This document shows, one piece after another, positions 38,155 through 47,100 of a stretch of 64,000 bases of DNA. The notes under the pieces were generated by a model. It was not told the origin of the DNA. It did not search any database and worked only from the letters and a program-made list of their open reading frames with translations. The DNA comes from Bacteroidota bacterium (GTDB taxonomy: Bacteria; Bacteroidota; Bacteroidia; AKYH767-A; 2013-40CM-41-45). The stretch is from NCBI GenBank assembly GCA_046052345.1, contig JBJOMN010000054.1, positions 3,663 through 67,662 of the forward strand, given 5' to 3'. The stretch's first letter is position 1; each line of letters starts with the position of its first letter. A program made the translations under genes and the position numbers.

Positions 38155-40722
38155 ATGTACTCAATCGAAGCGGTGGCAACAAAAGGCCTTTCGTACTTTT
38201 GCCGCGTGTCTAAATTGAAGTATTTACTTTTCCTATTCTGCCTTGTTTCTTGGTGGTGCCCCGTCACGGTTTTCTCTCAGGGACGTCCGGGACCCGGAGG
38301 AAGGCCGGGCGGACCTCCCGACCAGCCGAAGATCGGGATCATCTCCGGTACGGTGTTCGATGATTCTACCGGAGCTCCTTTGCCTTTCGTGTCCGTAGGT
38401 GCTTTCCGCCTGCCCGATACCTCGGCCTCCGGCGGGACCATGTCGGACGAAAGGGGCCGTTTCAAGATACAGGAACTTTCGCCGGGCAACTACCTGCTTA
38501 AGGTCAATTCCGTAGGCTATCGCACCAAGAGCATACCTGTTGGTCGGGTGACCCCCGACAAGTACCATCTATCCGGTATCGAAGTCCGGATGCGGACATC
38601 TGTCACACGGTTGAAAGAGGTGAAAGTGGAGGCAGAGACGCCCGAGTTCATGAATTCCATCGATAAGAAAGTCTACAGTGTCGACAAGAACATCGTGAAC
38701 ACCGGCGGTACGGTCACCGATGTATTGCAACAGATACCTTCCATTCAGGTCGACATCGACGGCAAGGTGGCACTTCGCGGCAGTGAAAATGTGACCATCC
38801 TCATCGACGGAAAACCTTCCGGTATGCTGGGCAACGACCGTCGTGCCGTGCTGCAGCAGATTCCTGCTGCCGCAGTCGACCAGATCGAAGTGGTCACCAA
38901 TCCTTCCGCCAAATACGATGCGGAAGGCATGGCAGGCATCATCAACATCAAGACGAAGAAAGACAAGTTCCAGGGTACGAACGGAAACATCTCCGCAGGA
39001 GTCGGTACCAACGACAAGTATAATGCCGGCGTGTCGATGAATGACCGCACCGCTCACCGGAATTTCTTCCTTAATTACAATTACCGGCACGAAGACCGCA
39101 ACAATAACGGCGAAGGCGAGCAGTACAATTACTTCGGCGGTGCTGATGACTATTCTTGGCTGTCGGATAATTTCGGCACGCATTCGTCCGGTATGCAGAA
39201 TGCGAAAGCAGGGGTAGATCTCTATTTCGGTCCGCGCAATACCTTGGGTGTCAGCGGTGGATTCTCCGTACGTAAGGAGAAGAAGCCTGAACAGGTCAGT
39301 TACCTCTTTTACGATTCTGCGGGGGCATTGTACGGTCAGGGCTCGCTGCATCCGTCTTTCATCAAGAACAATACTACGGACGAGGATAACAGGAACATCG
39401 ACGGAAACATCGATTTCAAGCATTTGTGGGCGGCCAATAAAGGGGAGCTTACGGCTTCGTCGTCCTATTCTACCAACCGTAAGAATTCCGACGGATACTT
39501 CTCCAATACATTGTATGACCTCGACGGAATTCCATACCAGAAAAGCCTTAACAGGGGAGCATTCCAATCCTCCGTCTCCCAGGCGGATCTCTCCCGCATT
39601 TTCAAGTCAGTTGGAAAATTGGAGGCCGGAATCAAGAATTCGATACGGAATGTCGAGAATGAACAGTCGTTAGGATACTACCAGCAGGCCGGTGCGGACT
39701 ATCTGAATGATTCCTCCTATTCGGACCTTTTCATCTTCAACGAACAAGTCATTGCCGGGTACGCCATGTTCTCCGGTAAATCCGGCAAGTTCGAATATAA
39801 CGGCGGCTTGCGTGCCGAGCAGACCCTGATCGACATCGATTCCCGCCAGGCAGGCGCATTCGAGAACGATTACCTCAATCTTTTTCCGAGCGCCTTCCTG
39901 AAATATTCTTTTTCGGAAACCAATGAGTTGCAGCTGGGATACAGCCGCCGCATCAACCGTGCGGATTCCCGGCAGCTTAATCCTTTCACGGACTATTCCG
40001 ATTCCCTGAGTATACGGAGAGGTAATCCCTATCTCTTGCCCGAACTTGTCCATTCGATGGATCTGTCGTATGCCCGTAACTGGAAGGGAACCTCCCTGAA
40101 TGCGTCGGTTTATTTCAGGCATACCGACGACCTGATCACCCGCTTCCGTTCGGTCGACACGCTTACCGGTATCAGTACGATGACGTCTGTCAATTACAGT
40201 TCCTCCGAGAATGTCGGAGTCGAAGCCACCCTTCGTGCTGCATTTTCCAAAGCTGTCAATCTGATGGCCGGCTTCAACTTGTTCCGTAACTCCATCGACG
40301 CAAGTAACATCAGTCCGGATCTTCAGAGCGAATCGACACAGTGGAGTACGCGTTTGAACCTTACGGCCAAAGCGACACTATCCACTACCTTCCAGCTTAC
40401 AGCCAATTACATGTCTCCCATGAAAAGCCCGATCGGCGAGTTCAGAGGTATGAGCGGGTTAGATGCCGGTGTGCGTCAGGAGCTCTGGAAAGGAAAAGGA
40501 TCGATCAGTCTGAATGTGACAGACATATTCCGGACGCGGATCATGCGTGTGCACAATTTCGTAGAAGGTGTTTATGATTATAACGGTGAACGCTATCGGG
40601 AGTCCCGTGTCGGTATGCTCACCCTTCAATACCGTTTTGGCACTAACGAGAATCTTCGTAAGCGTTCCCGTCAGGAGCAACGGCCGTCCATGGAGATCAT
40701 GGACAACACCATGGATTTCTGA
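38155..40722 (+). CDS. outer-membrane beta-barrel protein of the TonB-dependent-receptor-like family (CarbopepD_reg plus plug-like plus barrel)
   Basis: GIISGTVFDDSTGAPLPFVSV.. and plug-like VALRGSENVTILIDGKPS. 855 aa. True start is possibly the GTG at 38206, giving a signal peptide SKLKYLLFLFCLV. Confidence 0.75.
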   Translation: MYSIEAVATKGLSYFCRVSKLKYLLFLFCLVSWWCPVTVFSQGRPGPGGRPGGPPDQPKIGIISGTVFDDSTGAPLPFVSVGAFRLPDTSASGGTMSDERGRFKIQELSPGNYLLKVNSVGYRTKSIPVGRVTPDKYHLSGIEVRMRTSVTRLKEVKVEAETPEFMNSIDKKVYSVDKNIVNTGGTVTDVLQQIPSIQVDIDGKVALRGSENVTILIDGKPSGMLGNDRRAVLQQIPAAAVDQIEVVTNPSAKYDAEGMAGIINIKTKKDKFQGTNGNISAGVGTNDKYNAGVSMNDRTAHRNFFLNYNYRHEDRNNNGEGEQYNYFGGADDYSWLSDNFGTHSSGMQNAKAGVDLYFGPRNTLGVSGGFSVRKEKKPEQVSYLFYDSAGALYGQGSLHPSFIKNNTTDEDNRNIDGNIDFKHLWAANKGELTASSSYSTNRKNSDGYFSNTLYDLDGIPYQKSLNRGAFQSSVSQADLSRIFKSVGKLEAGIKNSIRNVENEQSLGYYQQAGADYLNDSSYSDLFIFNEQVIAGYAMFSGKSGKFEYNGGLRAEQTLIDIDSRQAGAFENDYLNLFPSAFLKYSFSETNELQLGYSRRINRADSRQLNPFTDYSDSLSIRRGNPYLLPELVHSMDLSYARNWKGTSLNASVYFRHTDDLITRFRSVDTLTGISTMTSVNYSSSENVGVEATLRAAFSKAVNLMAGFNLFRNSIDASNISPDLQSESTQWSTRLNLTAKATLSTTFQLTANYMSPMKSPIGEFRGMSGLDAGVRQELWKGKGSISLNVTDIFRTRIMRVHNFVEGVYDYNGERYRESRVGMLTLQYRFGTNENLRKRSRQEQRPSMEIMDNTMDF

Positions 40723-40723
40723 A

Positions 40724-42004
40724 TCAACCGCTTCTCCGGAAGCGTTCGAAGATGCTGCGGTCAAGGCTTTCGCGGTCGTCCGGATGCGCGATCGAGGTCA
40801 GTGCTTCCGCCCTTTGTCTCAGGTTCTTCCCGAAAAGATAGGCGACGCCGTATTCGGTGACCACGTAATGCACATGCGCCCTCGTGGTCACCACGCCGGC
40901 TCCTTGTTTCAGGAAAGGTACGATCCGCGACAAGCCCTTGTTTGTCCGTGCAGGTAATGCGATGATCGGTTTTCCTCCTTTGGAAAGCGCTGCGCCGCGG
41001 ATGAAATCCATCTGGCCGCCGACGCCGGAATACTGGTAGGTGCCGATGGAGTCGGAGCAGACCTGTCCGGTCAGGTCGATTTCGATACAGCTGTTGATGG
41101 CGACGACTTTCGGATTTCGTTGTATGACCGACACTTCGTTCACATAGTCGATGTCGAGGAATGCGAAGCCCGGATTGTCGTTGACATAATCATAGAGACG
41201 TTTCGATCCCAGGCAGAATCCTGTAACGCTTTTTCCGGGGTGAGTCTCCTTGCGGCTGTTGTTGATGACGCCATTTTCAATCAGGTCGATGATTCCGTCG
41301 GAGAACATCTCCGTATGGATTCCAAGGTCCTTGTGATTCTTAAGGGAGGCAAGCACTGCATCGGGAATGGTGCCGATGCCTGTCTGAAGCGTGCTTCCGT
41401 CTTCGATGAGTCCAGCCACATGTTTTCCGATGCTTCGTTCCACCTCTGAGAGGCCGCCGTGAGGGAGGGCCTCATGCAGCGGATCTTCAATCCAGGTCAT
41501 GGCGTCGAAATCGTCAACATGTATCATGCCGTCACCTGCAGTTCGCGGCATGTTAGGATTCACCTGCGCGATGACTTTCTTCGCGGTATTGACCGCCGTG
41601 CGTGCGATGTCCACCGAAACACCCAGTGAGCAGTAGCCGTGGCTGTCGGGAGGCGAAACATGCACGAAGGCCGTATCGAGCGGAAGGATGTTGTTGCGGA
41701 AGAGTTCCGGTATCTCACTCAGGAAGACCGGTACATAATCGGCACGACCCTCCCGCACAGCCTGACGGACCGGTTCCGAAACGAAAAGCGAGTTGATATT
41801 GAAACTCTTCTCCATTCCGGGCGCAGCCAGCGGCATTTCTCCGTAGAGGCTGATAGACACCACTTCCACTTGCTCCAGAGAGGGAGCTCGTGCAGCCAGA
41901 GCCCTTATCAGTGCTGTTGGCGTGGCAGCGCTTCCGTGCAGGAAAATCCTTTCCCCCGATGTTACGGATGCTACTGCTTCTTCGATGGAAACGTATGCGG
42001 ACAT
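40724..42004 (-). CDS. acetyl-CoA hydrolase/transferase family protein (CoA-transferase)
   Basis: 426 aa. Family motifs (GSAATPTAL.., ..GIGTIPDAV..) indicate ScpC/Cat-type. Confidence 0.8.
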   Translation of the reverse strand: MSAYVSIEEAVASVTSGERIFLHGSAATPTALIRALAARAPSLEQVEVVSISLYGEMPLAAPGMEKSFNINSLFVSEPVRQAVREGRADYVPVFLSEIPELFRNNILPLDTAFVHVSPPDSHGYCSLGVSVDIARTAVNTAKKVIAQVNPNMPRTAGDGMIHVDDFDAMTWIEDPLHEALPHGGLSEVERSIGKHVAGLIEDGSTLQTGIGTIPDAVLASLKNHKDLGIHTEMFSDGIIDLIENGVINNSRKETHPGKSVTGFCLGSKRLYDYVNDNPGFAFLDIDYVNEVSVIQRNPKVVAINSCIEIDLTGQVCSDSIGTYQYSGVGGQMDFIRGAALSKGGKPIIALPARTNKGLSRIVPFLKQGAGVVTTRAHVHYVVTEYGVAYLFGKNLRQRAEALTSIAHPDDRESLDRSIFERFRRSG

Positions 42005-42074
42005 GGAAGATAAAACGGTTCAGGGAATCCGTGCCGAACTTAAAATAGGGGATTGAGTCCGCAAAGGACTTACG

Positions 42075-42407
42075 TCAGTCTTTAACGGTTTCTTTCCGCT
42101 CGTCGAGTACCACGAAGATCTCCTCGTTGTCTTTCTTCATGAGGTACTTTTCCCGAGCGAAGCGTTCCAGATTCTCGGGGTTTGTTTCCAGGCGCTCCAT
42201 ATAAGCCCGGTTCTTTTCGACTTCTTTCTCATAATACGCTTTTTCCTGACGGAGTTCGTCCAGCTTCTGGCGATAAGAGTAGGTGGTGAGAAAGTCGTTG
42301 CGGTCGAAGAAGCCGAGCCACAATAATAATGCAAGTGACGCAAGGATATAGCGATTGGTCAGTAGCCTGTAAATCGGGCTGTTCTTAAAACTGTTTTTCT
42401 TCGCCAT
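42075..42407 (-). CDS. septum formation initiator family protein (FtsB/DivIC-like)
   Basis: 110 aa with a single TM, a coiled coil and ..FAREKYLMKKDNEEIFVV.. Confidence 0.75.
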   Translation of the reverse strand: MAKKNSFKNSPIYRLLTNRYILASLALLLWLGFFDRNDFLTTYSYRQKLDELRQEKAYYEKEVEKNRAYMERLETNPENLERFAREKYLMKKDNEEIFVVLDERKETVKD

Positions 42408-42416
42408 GATGCGAAT

Positions 42417-43970
42417 TTAGGGGTCCTTCTGCAGGGAGGACGGACTGATGTAAGCGATTGTGAACACTGAGTTGTTCACCGCAGTCGTATCGAAGGGTTT
42501 TCGCTCCCAAATCTGTGCTTTTTCGGATTTCTCCAAAATTTCCGTCGTTTTCTCCGGATAGAAGGCCGTTCTTTTTTCGATGGTCGTACCCGCCAACAAC
42601 CAGTTCCTTATCATCCGGTGGTTTTCCGTCTGGGCAATGGCCATTTCGGGATAAAAGAAAAGGGATTTAAGACCTGTCAGCAGTACCGCTCCACCCAACA
42701 GCAGGTTGCGGTAACGAAGGAACGCTGCATCACTCTGTCGGTAGACAAGGTAGGATAGCGCAGCAGCCAGTGCGGTCACAGAAAAGAACCCGTAACGAAG
42801 GCTTAGGGATTGCTGAAATCCGTTCTGATGTCTGAAATATGCGGCCACAAAGGAAGTAGCGATGAGGAATGCAGCCATCTGCAACCCTGCCTGCTTCCTG
42901 AATTCCCACCGGTGAATCATAAAGCCGTAGACGAACACCGTGACGACAATCGCCCCTTGGACAAAAGGAAGCATGTAAAAGTCGTGGAACTGCAGATGCC
43001 CGCCCAGGAAAGAAAGCGCATACAGGGCGAACTGCCAACCTTCGAAGCGCTCGACCGGATTCAGCCGCTCCGGACGGTAGTCGTGGAAGTACCACCAGGC
43101 AGCGATCAGCAGAACCGCCGCTGCGAAGTACGCACTTCGATAGTCCCGGTCAAGCAGTCGGAACAGGACGATCATCGGAAGAACAATCCAGCCGTTCCCG
43201 AACGTATACGCTGCAATCACGCCCCACGTCACAGAAAGGATCATCCTGCCCGGTTTGCCGGAATTCCGATGCCGGAACGCAAGCATAGCTGCGAGTACGA
43301 CGGTGTAATATGTCGTACCTGAAAACGCGCAGAGAAGGTTGTAGAATTGTTGGAGGTTGAACAGCAACAGGCCGGTGATCAGGAAAACAAATTCGCGGCG
43401 TTTCGGATCACGGTGTTCTTCGGCGAAAAACCACGCGATCATGACCAGCAGTACCATGTTCAACAGCTTGGTGACGTGGATGAATTCCGGGCCGGAAATC
43501 AATCTGATAAATTCGGCAATCACTCTGGAGATAAAGGTCTTGCATTCCAGGTAGGATTCGAAAAAGGCTCCGGCTTTTGAAGAAATTCCTTGCAGGTCCG
43601 ACAGATGAAGCTGCCATTCGTAATATCCGTAGTAATCGTCCCAAAAGGGTAGTGCGAAGGGTCTTCGGTAGAGTTGTACCAGAAAGAAAGTGAGAAAAGT
43701 GATGGAAGGGACAAGGTATCCACGGAAACCGTTTCGGGAAAAGATCCCGGAGGAGATCAGCAACGAAGCGGATATCACGGAAAGCGCGTACCATGCTGAG
43801 GCGCTGATCCCCATGCTCCAGAAACCGACATCCGCCCGAAGCCCGAGAAAATGCGTTATGCGCGAAATCAATTCCCGGGACGTTTCTTCAAAGGAAAAGA
43901 GCAGACAGACGCCCGCTGCCACTATCAGGAGTGTGTTTTTCCTGGACTCCTTGATTAGGCCGGCAATCAT
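42417..43970 (-). CDS. hypothetical polytopic membrane protein (about 12 TM)
   Basis: 517 aa, highly hydrophobic, sitting immediately upstream of the ftsB-like gene. Confidence 0.45.
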   Translation of the reverse strand: MIAGLIKESRKNTLLIVAAGVCLLFSFEETSRELISRITHFLGLRADVGFWSMGISASAWYALSVISASLLISSGIFSRNGFRGYLVPSITFLTFFLVQLYRRPFALPFWDDYYGYYEWQLHLSDLQGISSKAGAFFESYLECKTFISRVIAEFIRLISGPEFIHVTKLLNMVLLVMIAWFFAEEHRDPKRREFVFLITGLLLFNLQQFYNLLCAFSGTTYYTVVLAAMLAFRHRNSGKPGRMILSVTWGVIAAYTFGNGWIVLPMIVLFRLLDRDYRSAYFAAAVLLIAAWWYFHDYRPERLNPVERFEGWQFALYALSFLGGHLQFHDFYMLPFVQGAIVVTVFVYGFMIHRWEFRKQAGLQMAAFLIATSFVAAYFRHQNGFQQSLSLRYGFFSVTALAAALSYLVYRQSDAAFLRYRNLLLGGAVLLTGLKSLFFYPEMAIAQTENHRMIRNWLLAGTTIEKRTAFYPEKTTEILEKSEKAQIWERKPFDTTAVNNSVFTIAYISPSSLQKDP

Positions 43971-43998
43971 TCTGACGCAGCTGTTAAATTCTTCGCGA

Positions 43999-45630
43999 TC
44001 AGTCAGCGGAAAGGAAAGGGTACCGGTAGTCGGTAGGAGGAACGAAAGTCTCCTTTATGGCACGGGGAGATACCCAGCGCAGCAGATTCAGAATGGATCC
44101 CGCTTTGTCATTCGTTCCGGAGGCGCGGCTGCCGCCGAACGGCTGTTGCCCGACTACGGCTCCTGTGCATTTGTCGTTGATGTAGAAGTTGCCGGCAGCC
44201 TGGTCCAGCTTACGGGTGGCAAGCTCGATGGCGTAACGGTCGCGCGCGAATATCGAGCCGGTCAGTGCATAGGTTCCCGTGCGGTCGACCAGATCGAGCG
44301 TCTCTTCAAACTTGTCATCCTCATAGACGTAGATTGTGAGTACAGGTCCGAAAAGCTCTTCGCACATGGTCACGTAGTCAGGTCGTTTTGCAAGTATGAC
44401 CGTAGGGTGGATGAAATAACCGGTGGATTTGTCGTAAGTCCCGCCGGCGATGATCTCCGCATCTTTGCTTGACTTGGCGTCTTCGATGAATTTGGCCAGT
44501 TTGTCGAACGATTTCTCGTCGATGACTGCATTGATGAAGTTGGTGAAATCCTCGGTGGGGCCGATCTTGAAGGAGGCGAGGTCCTTGACGATTCCCTCAC
44601 GGACGGTCGTCCAGAGACTCTGAGGGATATAGGCTCGGGAAGCGGCGGAGCACTTCTGGCCCTGGTACTCGAAGGCGCCGCGCGTAAGAGCGGTGATAAG
44701 TGAAGGCGCATCCGCACTGGGATGTGCCATGATGAAATCCTTGCCGCCTGTCTCGCCGACGATCCGCGGATAGGAGCGGTACAGGTGGATGTTGTTTCCG
44801 ATGGTTTTCCAGATGTCCTGGAAGACTGCCGTGGAGCCGGTGAAATGGATGCCCGCGAAATCGGGATGGCGGAAAATGACCTCTCCGGCATCGGGACCGG
44901 ATACATAGACGAGGTTGATGACGCCATCGGGCAGTCCGGCTTCCAGGAAAACCTTCATCAGCAGGGAGGCGGCATAGATCTGTGTGTTGGCCGGCTTCCA
45001 TACCACGACGTTGCCCATCATGGCGGCGGAGGTAGGAAGGTTGCCGCTGATGGCCGTGAAATTGAAAGGGGTCAGGGCGAAAACGAATCCTTCCAGCGGC
45101 CGGTGTTCCAAACGGTTCCATATGCCTTTCGAACTGATCGGTTGCTGGGTGTAGATGGTGCGCATGTACTCCACGTTGAACCGCAGGAAGTCGATCATCT
45201 CACAGGCGGCATCGATTTCCGCCTGAAAGGCGTTCTTGCTTTGACCGATCATCGTCGCCGCATTGATGGCGGCGCGGTAAGGACCGGCAAGGAGGTCTGC
45301 TGCTTTGAGGAAAATGGCGGCCCGGTGTTCCCACGACAGTGCGGACCATTGTGCTCGCGCCTTAAGGGCGGCATCAATGGCTTGTGAAATATGCTGACGT
45401 TCCCCTTTGTGATAGTTCGCTACGACATGCTTGTGGTCATGCGGCGGGGAAATGGCACCTTTTTTACCGGTACGTACTTCCTTGCCGTCGATATACATCG
45501 GGATATCGATGACTTCGGACCGCATTTTTTTCAGTGCTTCCTGCAGGAGGATCCTTTCCGGACTGCCGGGAGCATAGTTCAGCACCGGTTCGTTGACGGC
45601 TACAGGTACCTGAAAGATCGCATTGGACAT
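43999..45630 (-). CDS. pruA: L-glutamate gamma-semialdehyde (1-pyrroline-5-carboxylate) dehydrogenase
   Basis: Aldehyde dehydrogenase fold (..FTGSTAVF.. with a catalytic Cys block). 543 aa. Confidence 0.85.
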   Translation of the reverse strand: MSNAIFQVPVAVNEPVLNYAPGSPERILLQEALKKMRSEVIDIPMYIDGKEVRTGKKGAISPPHDHKHVVANYHKGERQHISQAIDAALKARAQWSALSWEHRAAIFLKAADLLAGPYRAAINAATMIGQSKNAFQAEIDAACEMIDFLRFNVEYMRTIYTQQPISSKGIWNRLEHRPLEGFVFALTPFNFTAISGNLPTSAAMMGNVVVWKPANTQIYAASLLMKVFLEAGLPDGVINLVYVSGPDAGEVIFRHPDFAGIHFTGSTAVFQDIWKTIGNNIHLYRSYPRIVGETGGKDFIMAHPSADAPSLITALTRGAFEYQGQKCSAASRAYIPQSLWTTVREGIVKDLASFKIGPTEDFTNFINAVIDEKSFDKLAKFIEDAKSSKDAEIIAGGTYDKSTGYFIHPTVILAKRPDYVTMCEELFGPVLTIYVYEDDKFEETLDLVDRTGTYALTGSIFARDRYAIELATRKLDQAAGNFYINDKCTGAVVGQQPFGGSRASGTNDKAGSILNLLRWVSPRAIKETFVPPTDYRYPFLSAD

Positions 45631-45753
45631 GGTGACATGGATTTGACGGGCGAAGTTAAGAAATTAGGCCTTACGGGAAGGGGCATCGGGCCGTGTTGAA
45701 CTGTTTGCCGGAACGGCCTTACTTCCTAACTTACACCCTGAAATCCGACCACC

Positions 45754-46479
45754 ATGCCGCTTATCACCATACTTGAAGACGATCCGGTAAGTGCCGAAAT
45801 GCTGCGAGACCTCCTCGGCACCGTCGCGCCTGATTGGGAGCTGGAAGGTCCGTACCCTTCGGTGCAGGAGGCCGTGGAAAAGATCGGGAAGCACCGTCCT
45901 CAGTTGGTCTTTCTGGATGTCGAGCTATCTGACGGTTCGGGCTTTGATGTGCTGAAAATGCTGGAGCCCATCGATTTCGATGTGATCGTGACCACCTCTC
46001 ACGATAAATATGCAATCCAAGCCATCAAACACCGTGCACTCGATTATCTGTTGAAGCCTTTCCAGATCTCCGATCTCAGGGAGGCCATGGGGAAGATCGG
46101 TCAGCGGCTCCGTATCGAGCCCGATAGGTTGATCGCACCGCCCCATGAGGCGCTACGTAAAATAGCGGTGCCCACGTCCGACGGTCTGTTGCTGATCGCG
46201 ACTGACGACATCATCCGGCTCGAAAGCGAAAGGAACTATACGGATTTCTTTCTCACCGGAAACAGGAAAGTAGTGGTCACCCGATCGTTGAAGGAATTCG
46301 AGGAGTTGCTGTCCCCGAAGGGTTTCTTCCGCATCCATCACTCCCATATCGTGAACCTCAACCAGATCACCAGATACGTACGGGGCGAAGGAGGATATGT
46401 AACTTTATCCGACGGTTCTTCCGTAGATGTCTCCCGGCGCAGGAAAGAGGAATTCTTAAAAGTCCTTTCCGGCGCCTGA
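45754..46479 (+). CDS. LytTR-family response regulator
   Basis: Receiver domain (ITILEDD, FLDVELSDGSG) plus a C-terminal LytTR DNA-binding domain. Confidence 0.85.
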   Translation: MPLITILEDDPVSAEMLRDLLGTVAPDWELEGPYPSVQEAVEKIGKHRPQLVFLDVELSDGSGFDVLKMLEPIDFDVIVTTSHDKYAIQAIKHRALDYLLKPFQISDLREAMGKIGQRLRIEPDRLIAPPHEALRKIAVPTSDGLLLIATDDIIRLESERNYTDFFLTGNRKVVVTRSLKEFEELLSPKGFFRIHHSHIVNLNQITRYVRGEGGYVTLSDGSSVDVSRRRKEEFLKVLSGA

Positions 46480-46541
46480 CACCCGGCTCTGCTTCTCGTT
46501 TGAATCCTGACAAGTAAATCAATCGCCACAAATCCGCTTAT

Positions 46542-47042
46542 ATGTCCATTTACACCGACCTGCATATCGTTTCGATCGATGATGACCCGAATATGCGTTC
46601 CATGCTGGAGGATTTCGTCACGTCGAAGTTCCAAGGTGCCCGTTTTTCTCCCTATTCCTCGGGAGAGGAGGCCTTACAGGGGCTTTCCACGAAACCGGAT
46701 CTGATCATCCTGGATTATCACCTGGATACTGCGGACCCGGCAGCCATGAACGGGATACAGGTTTTGAGCAAGTTGCGGAACCGCTTCCGGGATGCTCAGA
46801 TTGTCTTCCTTTCCGCCCAGGAGAGCGCTGAAGTCTCATCCAATACGATCAAGTTCGGCGCCTTCGATTATATCGTGAAGAACCAATTCGCATTTCAGCG
46901 CCTGGAAGTGGTGGTGCGGAATATCATGGGACAAGCCACCATCAGGAAGACCGCGGGCACTCAGAAGTTCTTCAATTACCTGCTCGCCGCGATCTGCGCT
47001 ACGTTGTTGGCAGGAATAGTCATGATGCGGATGAATGGATGA
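46542..47042 (+). CDS. receiver-domain-only response regulator with a C-terminal transmembrane anchor
   Basis: REC motifs (IVSIDDD, LIILDYHLD, FLSAQ) are followed by YLLAAICATLLAGIVMMRM (TM). Confidence 0.7.
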   Translation: MSIYTDLHIVSIDDDPNMRSMLEDFVTSKFQGARFSPYSSGEEALQGLSTKPDLIILDYHLDTADPAAMNGIQVLSKLRNRFRDAQIVFLSAQESAEVSSNTIKFGAFDYIVKNQFAFQRLEVVVRNIMGQATIRKTAGTQKFFNYLLAAICATLLAGIVMMRMNG

Positions 47043-47100
47043 TTTTTAGCCGGTGATTCCGGTTCAGCTACCTCAAACGGTAAACGGGGAACAGCATCCG

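Noticed and set aside
36926-38218. 430-aa ORF on the plus strand
   Set aside because: It is entirely antisense to rarA, whose AAA+ motifs are unambiguous. Long stop-free antisense frames are expected at this GC content. No motif is recognisable in the antisense product.
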